Of a stretch of DNA of 64,000 nt, positions 37,021 through 52,670 are shown one piece after another. How positions within the stretch are numbered: position 1 is the stretch's first letter; every line of letters begins with the position of its first letter. A model generated the notes under the pieces. It had not been told where the DNA came from, did not search any database, and worked only from the letters and a program-made list of their open reading frames with translations. The stretch is from Oikopleura dioica. Taxonomy: Eukaryota > Animalia > Chordata. The DNA is taken from positions 9,424,001 to 9,488,000 of the forward strand of contig OU015568.1 of the NCBI GenBank assembly GCA_907165135.1, written 5' to 3'. Made by a program: the position numbers and the translations under genes.

Positions 37021-38046
37021 TCATTTTGAAAAAGTGAAAGAATTTGAATGTACAAAGTCAAAAATCTGCTGCCGTCGAGCTTCGTCCACGGGCAATTCAA
37101 AAGTTGGCAGTTCGATTCCAGTGAAAGGATCGCTCGGGGGACGCGACCACAGGCGACTTTCCTTCTTCCACTTTTCCAATGTGCTTCTATCGACCCAATA
37201 TCCAGATGGGAGAAGAACAGGGTGAACCATTTGTAAACAGGTGACAGAATCGATCGCCCAGGGAGGAAGCTTGCGCTCGGAAATTGGAATTCGATGGGGA
37301 AATTTGAGACTTTGAGAAGTTGAAGCTTCTTCTTCAGCATCGCTTTCTTTGGGTGGACCTTTCTTTTCTTCGTTATCGTAACTTCCAAAAAAGGCTCGGA
37401 TTTTGGGCTTTTCACTAATAGAATCTTCAACAGGACATTTTTGCTCGCTTTTCCAGTCCACTTGCCGACCCAAAGTTCTCATAGAAATTGAATTTGCTGA
37501 GAATCGATCGCCAAAGATTTGAAGCACTTCCAGTCCGAGGACTCCTCCAGCGAGCATTTTCACGAATCGAAATCTTTTCTCGTTATTATTTTCAATTTTC
37601 TTTCGTTTGCAAACCTTAGTTTTACGAATTTGAAGGAAAAACGCGTTGGAAGGATTTGAGATGTCCACCTTGGTTTGAAGACCTTTTCGTTACTTTTGTG
37701 CAACGAGTAATTTTGGCCACTTCCGCGAAAAGTCAAAGTCGACAAGTTTTTGAACACTTTTCCCTCGGATGAAATGTCCAGTTTTAGAATACAATTCGAC
37801 GCCTGAAGAATTTTAATTGGAGTTGTTTTTGGTTGAAAAGTGTTGAGAAAATGGGGGTTGTACCTTTATGTTTATACCTTTGAAGATCATCGGCAGTGGC
37901 GCTTTGATGGTGAATGTAGCTGGAGATCGAATGTAGTGCTCGAAGTAGACTGGGCCGGAGGAAAACGAATCCTGGAATTTGGCAAGAGCATCATCTTTGC
38001 CAGGGTTTTCAAAGGTAATGTCAAGCTGCGAGTTTAATAGTTTCAT
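37021..38046 (-). CDS. UBOX5: U-box domain protein 5-like
   Basis: EHYIRSPATFTI at the N-terminus and a U-box AIDSVTCLQMVHPVLLPSGYWVDRSTLEKW...PSDPFTG. Middle splice sites not fully resolved; no C-terminal RING. Confidence 0.85.
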
Positions 38047-38269
38047 ACAAAATACATTTCTAAACACATTTTACACGATAAGTAAAATTAATATTAATCT
38101 CATTTTTAGGGATTTTTTCAGATTACAGAGGCAGATGACTTAAATTATCGTTGAACTTCAAGTTCCAATTTATCTCTTCATTTCGTTTATAATTTTCAAG
38201 TCTTGCCCAATCAGCGCGGCGAAAATTCAGAACGAACCAAGATCCCTCTGTCTTTCTTGAATTCTAAAC

Positions 38270-38723
38270 ATGGATCTGGCATCGTTTCCAAGGTCTGAAG
38301 TTCAAGCTGAATTGCTTGAAACAGCTCAAGTCTTGAACTTCAAGTACTCAACTCGTGTTCATCATGGAACTGAACTCGACCAACTTGGGTCAAAAACTTC
38401 AGGGCGTGGAAGTTTGCTTTCAAAAAGATTCGAAGCATTCGCAAATACTGTTCATTCATCATATACCGTAAATATTCGTACCCCCAGTCGTGAATTTATA
38501 CACATAAACGACCGAAGTTTCCATAATTGTAATATTTTCAAAAATCGACAACGTAGTAAGTAGGGCCCAAGTTTTGAAGTCTTTGCACAAATCTTCGAGA
38601 CCTGCTTTGGTTCAAATTTGGTTACTCGAGGTTACTTCTTAGATAATGAAATATTTTTGATTGTCGGATTCTCTTTCACGGAAAAGGCTACACCCTTAGA
38701 AATCACCATCAGTTATGGTCACT
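38270..38723 (+). CDS. Unknown protein (exon structure unresolved)
   Basis: ATG ORF MDLASFPRSEVQAELL..., plus a downstream open segment FAQIFETCFGSNLVTRGYFLDNEIF...SYGH*. Divergent from UBOX5. Confidence 0.35.
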
Positions 38724-39938
38724 AACCTCTCAGAAGACAAGAATCAGCTCCTCCAAAGATTCAAGTTGAATATGAACAATTATTAATTGTCAATTAATAA
38801 AATATCAGTTCCGAAATAGAAAGACATCAGCTTGTCTGTCCCACGAGGCAGCCAGACAGGTATCGCAGTCTAAGTGGCCTGGCAGACGTAATTAATCAAA
38901 AAGTTCCCACCAATTCCTAGCTATTCTTTCCAGCAAATACAGCCCGGGCGTTTTAAGTAGCGGAAATCTGTAAAACGCTTCCGGTATTGAGATGTTGTTT
39001 AAATTTTGTACATGGACGACCTTGAACTCTTGACTTGAGTTCAGACGCGAGAGTGCAGACTCGGTTTTTAGACTCCATCGACATTGGATGGCGTAACAGT
39101 TTGCTCTTCCGGAAAGCGTCTGTCACTACGAGTGCTCCCCCCCCCTATTTAAAGAACGGCTACAGGCAGGTCACAATCAGTCAAAGCGAAAGCTCTTTGT
39201 TATATTTTACATCTTATTATAATATTTTATTCTATTTATTATTTTCACTATGTATTATCAAGAGAATATATTTACGAGGAATTTATTATTCAAGGTATTT
39301 ATAAAAGTTCTATTTCATGGTGGTCTCAACTTTCTGAGGTGGCCCTCATCTTACTGAAGAGCCTCAGTTGAAAAACGGACTTGAGAAACTGGTCAAGTAG
39401 AAGGTAAAAGGGCAGTATAAAAGTCGGGTATTGCAGAAGATATCAAAAAAGAGAATCGTCGAAAATCAGCATTTGTACTCTTCTATGATTTCATAAATAG
39501 ATATGTGTCAGTTTACAAAGAATTTTAGAAGTAATTGAGAAGGCTAAGGTTTCGTGCCCAGAGGCCACTATCGGTCTTCTTAGAACGCCTATTTAAAATG
39601 GGCTATTTGCGAAAACGGATCTGCCGGTCTTAGATGCTACTAATACTAAGGATCGTGTTGCAGCTTGTCCGACGGTGAGGGATGAAATGCGCAGCATTAT
39701 CGATCCAGTAGCGCCTAACGCCTATCTCCAAGCGAGTAAAAACTTCAAGACAGATTAGTCTAGACAAGACGCTTTTTTTCAGACGATTCCTCAAGGAAGA
39801 ATCAGTCTTATTAACAGTGGCAGTCTTACACGAGAGAGAACGGCAACGCATTTTCTTTCATAAGCAGCAGAGAACAAAATCCAACTTTTACCCTAACCTT
39901 AGGTAAAATTGTGAGAACGTTTTTTTTTTTGAAGGATG

Positions 39939-40448
39939 CAATTAGCCTGGGTCCCAGACCCAGGATTCATTTCAAAAGTGACGCCTGGGTCTCAGACCCA
40001 GGATACCCCCTCAGAAGTGACGCCTGGGTCCAATACCCAGGATTAATTTAAAAATGGGCATTTTCGGCAGACTTCGTCGATTGATTCTCTGAAAACTCTC
40101 AGATCTATTTGCCCCTTACCACGGGGCTTCGCCCCTTAGGTCCTAAAATGCCGGGGTCTAGTCTAGGGTTACTTACGGTTACCTTCAGTAACCCTAACTA
40201 ACCCTAGCCTATCCCCCTCGGGTGAGACTGTTCCGTCATTTTTGCAGGTGCCCCCTAACACTAACCTTAATTATAGTAAATACTAGACTTTTTATCAATT
40301 ATTCATGGGAGAAAATTATTTTTTTTCTTCTAATAACGCTTATCTCCTAATTTTTGGACCCAGGCGTCACTTCTGAGGGGGTATCCTGGGTCTGAGACCC
40401 AGGCGTCACTTTTGAAACGAATCCTAGGTCTGAGACCCAGGCTAATTG
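39939..40448. mobile_element. 510-bp MITE-like element with 95-bp TIRs made of hairpin subrepeats
   Basis: 39939-40033 is the reverse complement of 40354-40448. The units (38-39 bp period) contain CCTGGGTC-N3-GACCCAGG. Flanks are TG/TA, so the TSD is not certain. Confidence 0.85.
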
Positions 40449-43400
40449 TATACTTCCTTATTTTACCTCGTGACTTTGGAAACATTAAAGAGTATCTCAT
40501 TTTAATCCACTGACATTATAGGATATAATAATAAATAGTAATATCATATAATAATATCATATTACACTCTTAGTCGTAAACAAGGGTACAAATTGTATCA
40601 AGTATTTCAGTCACTTTTCATCGAATTAGCAAGAAAGGAGTTGGCTCAAACATTGGTTTAGCGCAGTCAGACTGTTCAAAACAGACCTTTTCGGTTATTA
40701 AATGTCTGCTCTACCATCACGTAATAACTGTAAAAATGATGTAATACAAGTACGTTCCTACAAGAAAGCCTAAGGGTTAATTTTCAAGTAACTTATTAAA
40801 TAAGTCTTATTTTGCTGGCAGGAGAAATAATACTCTTTCTTTAGCAAAATACTCTAATCGAGTTTTTTTCAGAAGAATCATTGTATTTTTGCACTTGAGC
40901 GTGTCTTTTGTTTTAACAGAATTGGATGACTTCGAAAAGAAAAGCTAGAGAAAGGATCTTTTCAGAGTGATGGATACATATGCCACCTTAACCGATCTTT
41001 ACGATAATTGTTACGCGAGTCTGAGAGTAAAACAGACAATAAAAAAATCGAATTCAACGTTTAGAGAAATGATAATCATATATTCATTTGGCGGGTTTAT
41101 TCAGAGATTGATGGACAGTCACAGTAATCGTTAATGCAAAAACTTGATGTAGCGGCAGATGAGGTCGCTCCTAAGAATTATTGTTCAATATCAAACACAG
41201 CTAAAGCGGTGTTTCAGCGGCACAAACCGTGAATATAAAAATTGTATATCATTCTTCCCAATAAAATTATGCGATAAAGAGATTTAAGAACGCGCGTGAT
41301 GAATATAAATTTTTCCATTAATAACTTTCCAGAGAGTAACCTTAATTTATCAGATAAAAGAAATCATTTCATTATGAAAAAAATAACGAAATGCTCTGCC
41401 GCAAATTATACTTGGATTTTCAGCGTTGCGTTTTCACGCTTTGAAGTCGCCACAATAGCTCGCGCTTTTCGTTGATTATTATGGGCTCCTTTGAGCGAAG
41501 GAGTAGCGCTGCCCCCGTAAAGGGGGGTTGAGCCACTGATCGCTCTCTGCACTAATCAGTCCGCGCGGGTAAGGTCTTTGTCTGCGCCAATGCGACTACT
41601 GCCCTTTTGCCCTTACCAGACTTGTATTCGATCGAGCAAGTGCACGTTCCTGAGAGAAACAATTAGACGAAAACCAAGTAATGATCAATAGAATAAGTAT
41701 TTTTTATCAGCCATAATTAATGGAAAATCATTTGCTATCTTCCATTGTAAATAATATAATTTTCTGGACGGATATCTTTTCATTATTCACGGTTGATTCT
41801 ACAGCCATACTTTTTATCAGTGATAATACTCCTGAAGAGCACTATTTGAGCTGAACTTCTTTGATAAAATTTTTATCATAAAATTATTTTCTGAATTAAT
41901 ATCATTAAATACTAGTTATGCATCTTATCAGATCATCAATTGAATCTTCAAAAAGAGCTGGTCAGAACTCCCCCTATAAAACAGGATTAAAACAATTTTT
42001 TTTTCATTCGTTGCTTTTTCATTTTCTGAAAACGAGCAATATTGTAATAATTGATTATTGCGGTGATACTGTACTTTCTTAAGCTGTCTGAGTAACTGTT
42101 AATCTCTGCTCAACTAAGCTTCAGACAGACTTCCTCAGCAACTGCTCGAGAGCGAATTTGTTGAGTGAAATTGCCACAACTTTTTAGACTTCGCCATCTA
42201 GCACCATTTCCGGCGCACCTTCTCTGAATCATCAATTGTTGATTATTGTAATCTTCAAGTTGCATTTTAAGATTAAAAATCGGGATCGCTAAAAAAGGAA
42301 GAGAAATATCTCCATCGAAAAACCAACTGCGCAGAATCGAAAATGCCGATGCCCAGTGGCCTACACAACCTTTCCTGGAACTTGACAAACTTTGGTCGAT
42401 CATCTGTAAGTACCGTAATGGAACACTGTTCGGCAAACAGTCTATGCCTCAAATTGTTTCCATTGACATTTGATAAGAGTGCTCGGCAAACAACTGGTAG
42501 TCAGTCTGGTGCACTTTGTGGGTGACAGCGACAGTTTTTCGGAACGCCTCAGCGTCAATTCAAGCCGGGTTGATACGAGTTCACTCCCAGTCCAACTAAT
42601 AACATCGCTCTAATAGACAGTAATAACTTGAACTTTCTCGCGGTTCATTTTCGAACTGCTGTTTGTGAGCCCATGCATGCAGCCTATTTTCGCACACCTA
42701 AAAATGGACAATACGTGGCAGCCTATTCAATATTTATCATAAATAATGAATAAAATTCAAACCACATCTATCCATAAATGATTTCGTGCAGAAAAGCTTC
42801 TTTATTGTGAGTAACAACAACATTGAAGGTAAAACAAGAACGCATTTTTTATTCTTCATGTAAACTTTAGTTTTGCTGTAAACAAATTGTTATCGATATG
42901 TAAAACATCATACCAACTTATGATGACATGACTTCTTATAGCAACTCCCAATACTGCTACAAATAGGATGACAAAGAAAATATTGATTAGGAAATCATTT
43001 TTGAGTGCGAGCAGTCCCTAACCCTTTCTTTAAAAACTGACGATTATGCACTCTAGACAGCGACTCAAATATTTAAACATATTTGTAGACTCAAACTAAA
43101 CACAAACCAGACTAATCGTTTCTCAAGAAATCCGTTAGTAGTTGTTCGAGAATGAAATAGAATACCGTAATGAGCGAGCTGATAAAAATTGCACATCTTT
43201 ATAACAGAGCGAAGGTATTCTAGGAGTAATATTTGCTGAGATTGCATAATAAGGTGCAGAAGGTCATTTGCAGACTAAATTTATCTCGTCTTTTTATGGC
43301 AGATTCCAATTTTTCGAACTAGAAATGTTTTGATGAGCTTCAATCTTTGGAATATAATGTGATGTTTTTGTATCAATTAGCTCAAGAGCCTTAGCTGGCA

Positions 43401-43510
43401 CCATATTCCATCGCCTTGGGCAAGAAAATGGAACATTCTCTTACTCCAGAACGTTTCACTTGGAGATTCCCCAAAGTCACTTTTTGAAGGAGGATAGAGA
43501 AACGAAAAAA

Positions 43511-46528
<3,018 letters not shown>

Positions 46529-46858
46529 AGCTGTAAAAATGAGTAGCAAAAGGACTCTCGAACTTTGTAACTTGAAGTTTACCTACATCAACATCAACGA
46601 AAATACCACATTTACAAATCACCAAAAAAAGTTCCCTGACAGAAAAAGTCAGAAATAGTTTGTATCAAAAAACTGAAAACAGTTACACCCACTCTCTTTC
46701 TCTTCAAAGTTCTATCACAATAATAAACTTCTGCAATGATAAATTTGCATTTGAATTTCAGTCAATCAGTATTCCTCGACTTAGTCAGTTTCAAGCTTTC
46801 TTTGGGTATATTTACAGACTTATTTATTGCACTGAAAGAACAGCAGTTAGAAAAAAAG

Positions 46859-47566
46859 TTAGTCCGATTTCTTCCCTCCTCTATAAGATGTCGAAGCAGA
46901 CGTACTCCAACCGGTAGAAATGCGCATGGCTCGTTGCTGGCGTGCTTTAGTTTGATCAACAACTCTGTCGAAGAATTTACTAAAAGCTAAAATAAGTGTT
47001 AGGATCAAAGCAACAAATTCTTCCGCACCGATTTTAACCGCAGATCCAGGAGAAAGGGCCTTTTTATCTGAGCAATCGAGATTAACGAGCACCGACCCAA
47101 GTTCTTCGGCCATTCTTCTTGATCTCTCCTCTACCAGCGTCTTTTTCTCCTTCATGACATCGTTCATCCTCGTTCCTACCAAAATCAGCGGCACATTCGC
47201 CCCCGATTCTTGGTCCCCATCGAGCACTTCTTCCGACCAGCCTCGAATGTTCTCCAAACTCTTCCTGTTGGTGAGATTGTGCACGAAAATGACGCCATGA
47301 AACTGGTTGAAAAACACGGAACGGGACATTGTGTGCGCAAGATTTCCAGAAACATCCCATAGTTCGCAGAAATACAAATCCTCTTCAGCTGTGCCTTGTT
47401 TGTACTTGTGAATGAGAATTTCAACGTTGGCACCAATCGTCCAGTTGCACTGAGCATTTTTCATCGAACCGGAAACGTCAGTCAGGATTGACGACAAATG
47501 CGTTTTCCCAACGCCAGAATCGCCAACTACCAGGATTTTTATTTGAATATCTTTGCAATTGGACAT
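46859..47566 (-). CDS. RABL3: Rab-like protein 3
   Basis: KILVVGDSGVGKT, WTIGANVEI, ELWDVSG, VFFNQFHGVIFVHNLTNRKS, VPLILVGT. Confidence 0.93.
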   Translation of the reverse strand: MSNCKDIQIKILVVGDSGVGKTHLSSILTDVSGSMKNAQCNWTIGANVEILIHKYKQGTAEEDLYFCELWDVSGNLAHTMSRSVFFNQFHGVIFVHNLTNRKSLENIRGWSEEVLDGDQESGANVPLILVGTRMNDVMKEKKTLVEERSRRMAEELGSVLVNLDCSDKKALSPGSAVKIGAEEFVALILTLILAFSKFFDRVVDQTKARQQRAMRISTGWSTSASTSYRGGKKSD

Positions 47567-47848
47567 CTCTGAATTCAAATAATAACTTATGAGCATTTTT
47601 GTGAGATTTTTGATCAGTGATGGCTTCAAAATACGGTAAAATATAGGAAAGGTCTCAAATAGAATAAAAACTAGTCCATAAGAAAGTTCTTATGAAGGTA
47701 TTTATGGTAATTATGATGGTAATCGAAAGCTCAGAAGAATCTTAGAAAGATAAACTCTGAGCATTTGATGTGCCAGGAAAATTATAAATTGAGAAAAGAT
47801 TTTTCTCTACGTGAGATCGCAAATATAAATGATAGATAGTAGAAGAAC

Positions 47849-50087
47849 TTATAAGTAATTAAGGCTACTCGGGCCCGGTTGATCGATGTCTTCCGGGTCG
47901 TAAGAGCAGTCGTGGAAAGAGTATCGAGGCCGTTTCTGCTGTGGAGTGACGCATTCAATATCAGATTCATTATCCGATTCAGATAGGATCACAATTGCCT
48001 CGCGATTTTCCTCGGTCGTGTTTTGGCGCTTTGGGATTCGGGGCGGAGAGGGCGAGCAGGCAGGGTTGAAAGCGTCTGAGGATCTGTTTGGTTTTGTGGA
48101 GTTTACGGCTTCTTCATCGTCGCTGGAGTTAACGAGGTCTATTACTTGCTGTCGCGACTCAATTTCTAGCTCCAGTCGGGAACGATGAACGACTGGGCGG
48201 CGAGGAGCAGGACTATCATCATCTAAAAACGAGTTTAATCAACAATCACTAATGATCGTTTTTCTACCTATGACGATTGTATCGACAACTTCTCTTCGAC
48301 TCTGCATTTCATTGTAAATCCTGCTGGCGATAGTGTTCATAGGCCGCTGGCGACGGTGAGGTAGAAAAGCATGACCTCGTCCCTCACGTGGATGGATGGG
48401 AATGTTGACCGGGTTGAGCAAGGGATTGGAATCGCCGATGGGAATGTTTGACACTCGAGCCATCTGGATTCCCTGTCGACGTTGAGGGGGTTGGCGATTT
48501 AACGATGATGTTCCTGGACGATCAGGAAACTCAGGCTCAAGTCGAGGAGGAGTTTCCGCGTCGCCATCAGCGTTTGAAGAGTCTGTGGAATGGCCATCCA
48601 AGGCTGGATCATCCCAATCAACGACTGGAAAATCTGGAGCAAAAGGAGGCAAATCTTCTTGATCCAAAACGAGTGTTTCAAAGTCATTAGTCGTTGTTCG
48701 CCGTCTCGGCTGTCGATTTGTATTTCTTCGACCGATTCCAGAAGGTCCTGGCGCTTGCTCATCATCGTCTTCAATAAGAATCGGGGTCGGATCGTCGGGG
48801 TCATCGATAGGCATGATTCTTTCCGGGGCACCGGGTGTTTCTGTCTGAGGATTTCGCCGAGTACCCATACGTTTTGCTGGAGCATATCGAGCGTTTCGGT
48901 CATACGATCGGATGTCGTATTCTTTCGCTGATGCGAACCCCTTGAGCTCGTGGATGAAATGTGTGGCGTAGTTGTGCATGTGATGAGTGAGAAACTCGCG
49001 GAACTGACGCGATTCGATTCCGAGTTCGATCGCTTGGTGCTGAATGTCGATGATCAAATCGTTCAAGTATCGTCTGTCAGTTGAGCCATAGAGTGCCACG
49101 ATCTCTCGCCGAATCCAAGGGGTGAGCCGATGTGTTTGAGCCTGAAAAAAGTTTGCAATGATTCTAGCGCTGTAGAAACTAACTCACCTCATTAGCTTGG
49201 TAAAATTCTGCACTGAATTCTCGCTTAAATTGAATTTCAACTCTTCTACCAGTTCGATAGACTGTTCGCCTTGCTCTAATGCAGGATGGCGTCGATCGAG
49301 CAAATCGAGCCTGAAAAATTTAACGATTGATTCTTATAATCTATTCCCGGCGCCGATGAACAGGACTCCTTGGCGCAACGGTAGCGCGTCTGACTCCAGA
49401 TCAGAAGGTTGCGTGTTCGAATCACGTAGGGGTCAAACTTTTTAAATTTTTTGCAATCGCAGGTGAATTTTTTCGCATGCAAAGGTGACATTTCACGTAA
49501 AAAAATCAAAAAAAGTTTGACCCCTACGTGATTCGAACACGCAACCTTCTGATCTGGAGTCAGACGCGCTACCGTTGCGCCAAGGAGTCCTGATGGGGCC
49601 ATCGTAAAGGCTGGTTATGAATGATTACCTCCCACAATCTCTGTCTTCGCTCTCGTTGAGCATTTAACTCTTCAAGTACAGTGTCGATCATATCTTCGTC
49701 CCGCCGAGCTGCCCAAAGTCGTGGCCAAGAGTTCTCGAGTCCGAGAGCAACGATGTTTTCCGGAGGCCGTGGAGCTTGAAGCTCTTCAGCTTTTCTAATT
49801 GGAATCGGTCGACTCTTCGAAGAAAGAAAAAGGCCCTACCTGAATTTCCCCGTCTTCTTGTTGAGCGAGTATCTGATTTTCTTGAATTCCGCATTGCACA
49901 AGGGGCAAGTAGTCTTTTCCATGGCCCATTTTCTCAGGTGCTCCAAGCAGAAGATATGCTTTGAAAGAAGAATTAGCTGGTGAAATTTCGTAAATGATTT
50001 TACCTTGCAATTTTCGGGCTGCGACGGATTAACGATTTCCGACAAGCAGATCGGGCATTTATCCTCTTCATCGTCGGTATCGGGCAT
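47849..50087 (-). CDS. TOPORS: TOPORS-like RING E3 ligase
   Basis: N-terminal RING (CPIC..CKHIFC..CPLC), HRLTPWIRREIVALYG and HFIHELKGFA..YDRNARY, then a disordered tail with hydrophobic-acidic SIM-like motifs. Confidence 0.88.
49364..49435 (+). tRNA. tRNA-Trp-CCA: tRNA-Trp (CCA)
   Basis: GACTCCTTGGCGCAACGGTAGCGCGTCTGACTCCAGATCAGAAGGTTGCGTGTTCGAATCACGTAGGGGTCA: 72 nt, full cloverleaf, A and B boxes, downstream oligo-T. Confidence 0.97.
49518..49589 (-). tRNA. tRNA-Trp-CCA: tRNA-Trp (CCA), identical inverted copy
   Basis: Exact reverse complement of 49364-49435, followed by oligo-T on the minus strand. Confidence 0.97.
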
Positions 50088-50337
50088 TTCTCTGTGTGTT
50101 TTTAACTCTTTTCTGCTAAAGAAAGAACCTTGTAAGATATTTTTGTTTAGGCGCTGTTCTGTATTATTGTTTTGTAAGGCATGTTTTGCTGAAGAGTCAT
50201 GAGAAAGTAGAGACATGATTTTTGCAACGATTTTTCGAATTAATAGCTTGAAGATTGAAAGGTCAGTAAGGTCAGTTGAAACAGAAATAAGCAATAGTAA
50301 ATGATGGAATAGAGAATAAAATAAGGAATCGTGATTT

Positions 50338-52387
50338 TCAAAGCTCTTCTTTTGCATCATTTAGATTTTCGTATTGAAGAATGTCATCGTCAGTGGAAGG
50401 CTCCGTGTCGGTAAAATAATTTTCTTGGCCAGTGTAGTGCGTTGGCTGGACGAGGACGGGATTGGCAGAGAACGCTTTGAGGTTCTTGTTCTTGAAGGCT
50501 TTCGTGTAGCTGTCGATCTTGTGCGCTCCGTACATGATCGGCAAATATTCATCGACTGGGATCAGCTTTTCCTGAAAATGCATTTTAGAAAAGTAGGATT
50601 TTAGTGTAAATTTTGCTAAGAATACATTTTCTAAAATTAACTTACCAAGGGTTTTTCATCGACCAACACTTGCGCTGCCTCTCCAGTGATGATGTATCCC
50701 AAGGTCCAGAAACTGTACGTCACGTTGGAAATGTTCTCCGTGACCATTACTTCTACATCATTATCCGCTCCTGGTCCGCGTTTTCGTCCAACATAAATCA
50801 AGTCCCACTTTTCGATCGTTTTCGCTTCTCTAAGAACGCGTCGCAAATCGACGACGAAATCGGGTCCAAATCGAACATCGTCTTCGAGGACCAAATAAAT
50901 TTCTCCCGGTTCCATTTTTTGCCAAAGATAGAAATGAGAGAGGAAACAACCGACTTCTCCGCGAGTGATTGTCCGTGGCTTGTGCGGGTCGGAGAAGCCG
51001 GGTAGTTGTCGGATTCCGAGGTTGTCAATGTCCTCTTAAAATTAAATGTAAACAGCTCTAGAAAGAAGCTTTTTCACCTTGAGTTAGGGCTTTCCCATCG
51101 ACAGCGGGAACGAGAGTATATTTTATTCCTTGAATTCGCATGCAAAAGTCCATTCTTTCTTTTCTATCAACTCTTCTCCTGAAGAAATAAGGTTAGTTAA
51201 AAGGAAAGGAATGAACAAAAAGGGCCGTACTCGAGGTTGATGACGAAAATTTCCGAGAGGCCATGTTTCGTTTGAACGGGCCAAACTGGCGGCGTGGCGG
51301 CAGATGCTTGCGGGATCATATCCCAACCGACAGGCGGTAGCGTATTCATTTCCATCAGCATGTGGTTGAACATGGCCACCTCGTCGGGCAATTCTCCAGA
51401 TTGAACCGGGTACGGAAACCAACCAGCAGCCATCGTGTTATCCACCCAAAGGTCAATTTTGTTCAACTGAAAATGAAGAATCAAAAAGAGATTTAACAGT
51501 TGGACGGTACCTTGGCCATTCCAGTAAAATAAATAATATCATCCATCGGCCAGTAAGGCAGCTCATCAGAATACTTTCCGATTCTGGGCCAATATTGAAT
51601 CAGCTGCGATTTTCTGCGATTCATATCGATCAAATAGCACGAATGGAGCATTGGAACTTTGTGGACATTCAGAAACTCCTGCTCGTAGTATCGAATGTCG
51701 TAGTAGTCATTTCCTCGCTCGTAGTAGCCCGTTTCGGTGTTTTGATTCGACCAGAAATTGGAAAAAGGAACGCCGGTTTCTAGCATAGGCCCCACAATTG
51801 GCTTATCTCGAAGGACCAGTTTTCGCAATAAACTTGGCTGTAAAAGTAAATCAGATTTGATTGTTTCCTGAGCGATTACCTGGACAAGGATGTTGTCAGC
51901 ATCGATCATGAACAAATAATCAACGAGCATATTTCTAGCGTGGTTGAGCGCTTGCTGCCGCAATTTTAGAATATGATCGTACCGGTTCGGCGACCAGCTC
52001 AGTTCCGTCTGAGCGTCGTTCCAGTGCCCTTTTCGAGGATCGCGGATTTCTATCTTGATGTCCATGTATTCCATCTATCGAACAGAATAGCGACAAAAGA
52101 AAAATATTATCAAAGAATACCTCCCAGGCTTCTTTCCAGGCCTTGATCACTTCCAAGGAATTATCCGCGTTGTGGTCGGTGACAAACCAAAGGCGAATCC
52201 TACTCTTAGGATAATTCTGCCGCTCTAAGCCACCGAAAAAGTACGGCAAAGCATGTTCCTTGTTACGCACAAAAACGGGAATCAAAATCGACGGGGGGAT
52301 AAATTCAGCCTCACCATCCCATTCCGACTGTCCATGCACCTGCAATACACCAGCTACCGCTAACGTTATCAGCTTTGTTAGCAGCAT
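50338..52387 (-). CDS. COLGALT1: Procollagen galactosyltransferase (GT25)
   Basis: Signal peptide; PVFVRNKEHALPYF; LWFVTDHNADNS; LKLRQQAL; YLFMIDAD; FSNFW; VPMLHSCYLID; FVINLERR; GEVGCFLSH; VLEDDVRF; DLIYVGRK; YSFWTLGY; C-terminal AKEEL. Confidence 0.93.
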
Positions 52388-52670
52388 TCTTAACAATTTC
52401 AATTCTAGCGTTTCTTTCTCTTTAAATTTTTTTTTTTGATTTTTTTTTGTGAAGAAATTTCGGCTTGTACAGAAAAAAATTTTATGGGGGACTGTTTTGT
52501 AGTGCGAAACACAGCGGGAGAGCTATTTTTGTAATAAACTGGTTCGATTTGGGCATCTTTTTTATGTATTTTTGGGCGAAAGGAAATAGGGTTGAATTTG
52601 AGTTGAATATTTTATTTTGAAGAGAAGGCACAACGTGAAAGTGAGCGAAGTGACAATGAAATAATATTTG

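Noticed and set aside
38993-39330. Possible LTR (TGTTG...TTTCA followed by TGGT, PBS-like)
   Set aside because: No second LTR, no TSD and no gag/pol sequence in the window.
42110-42600. Coding-like minus-strand stretch
   Set aside because: All frames are broken by stops and there is no recognisable motif.
49276-49602. 108-aa ORF
   Set aside because: Translation through the two tRNA-Trp genes.
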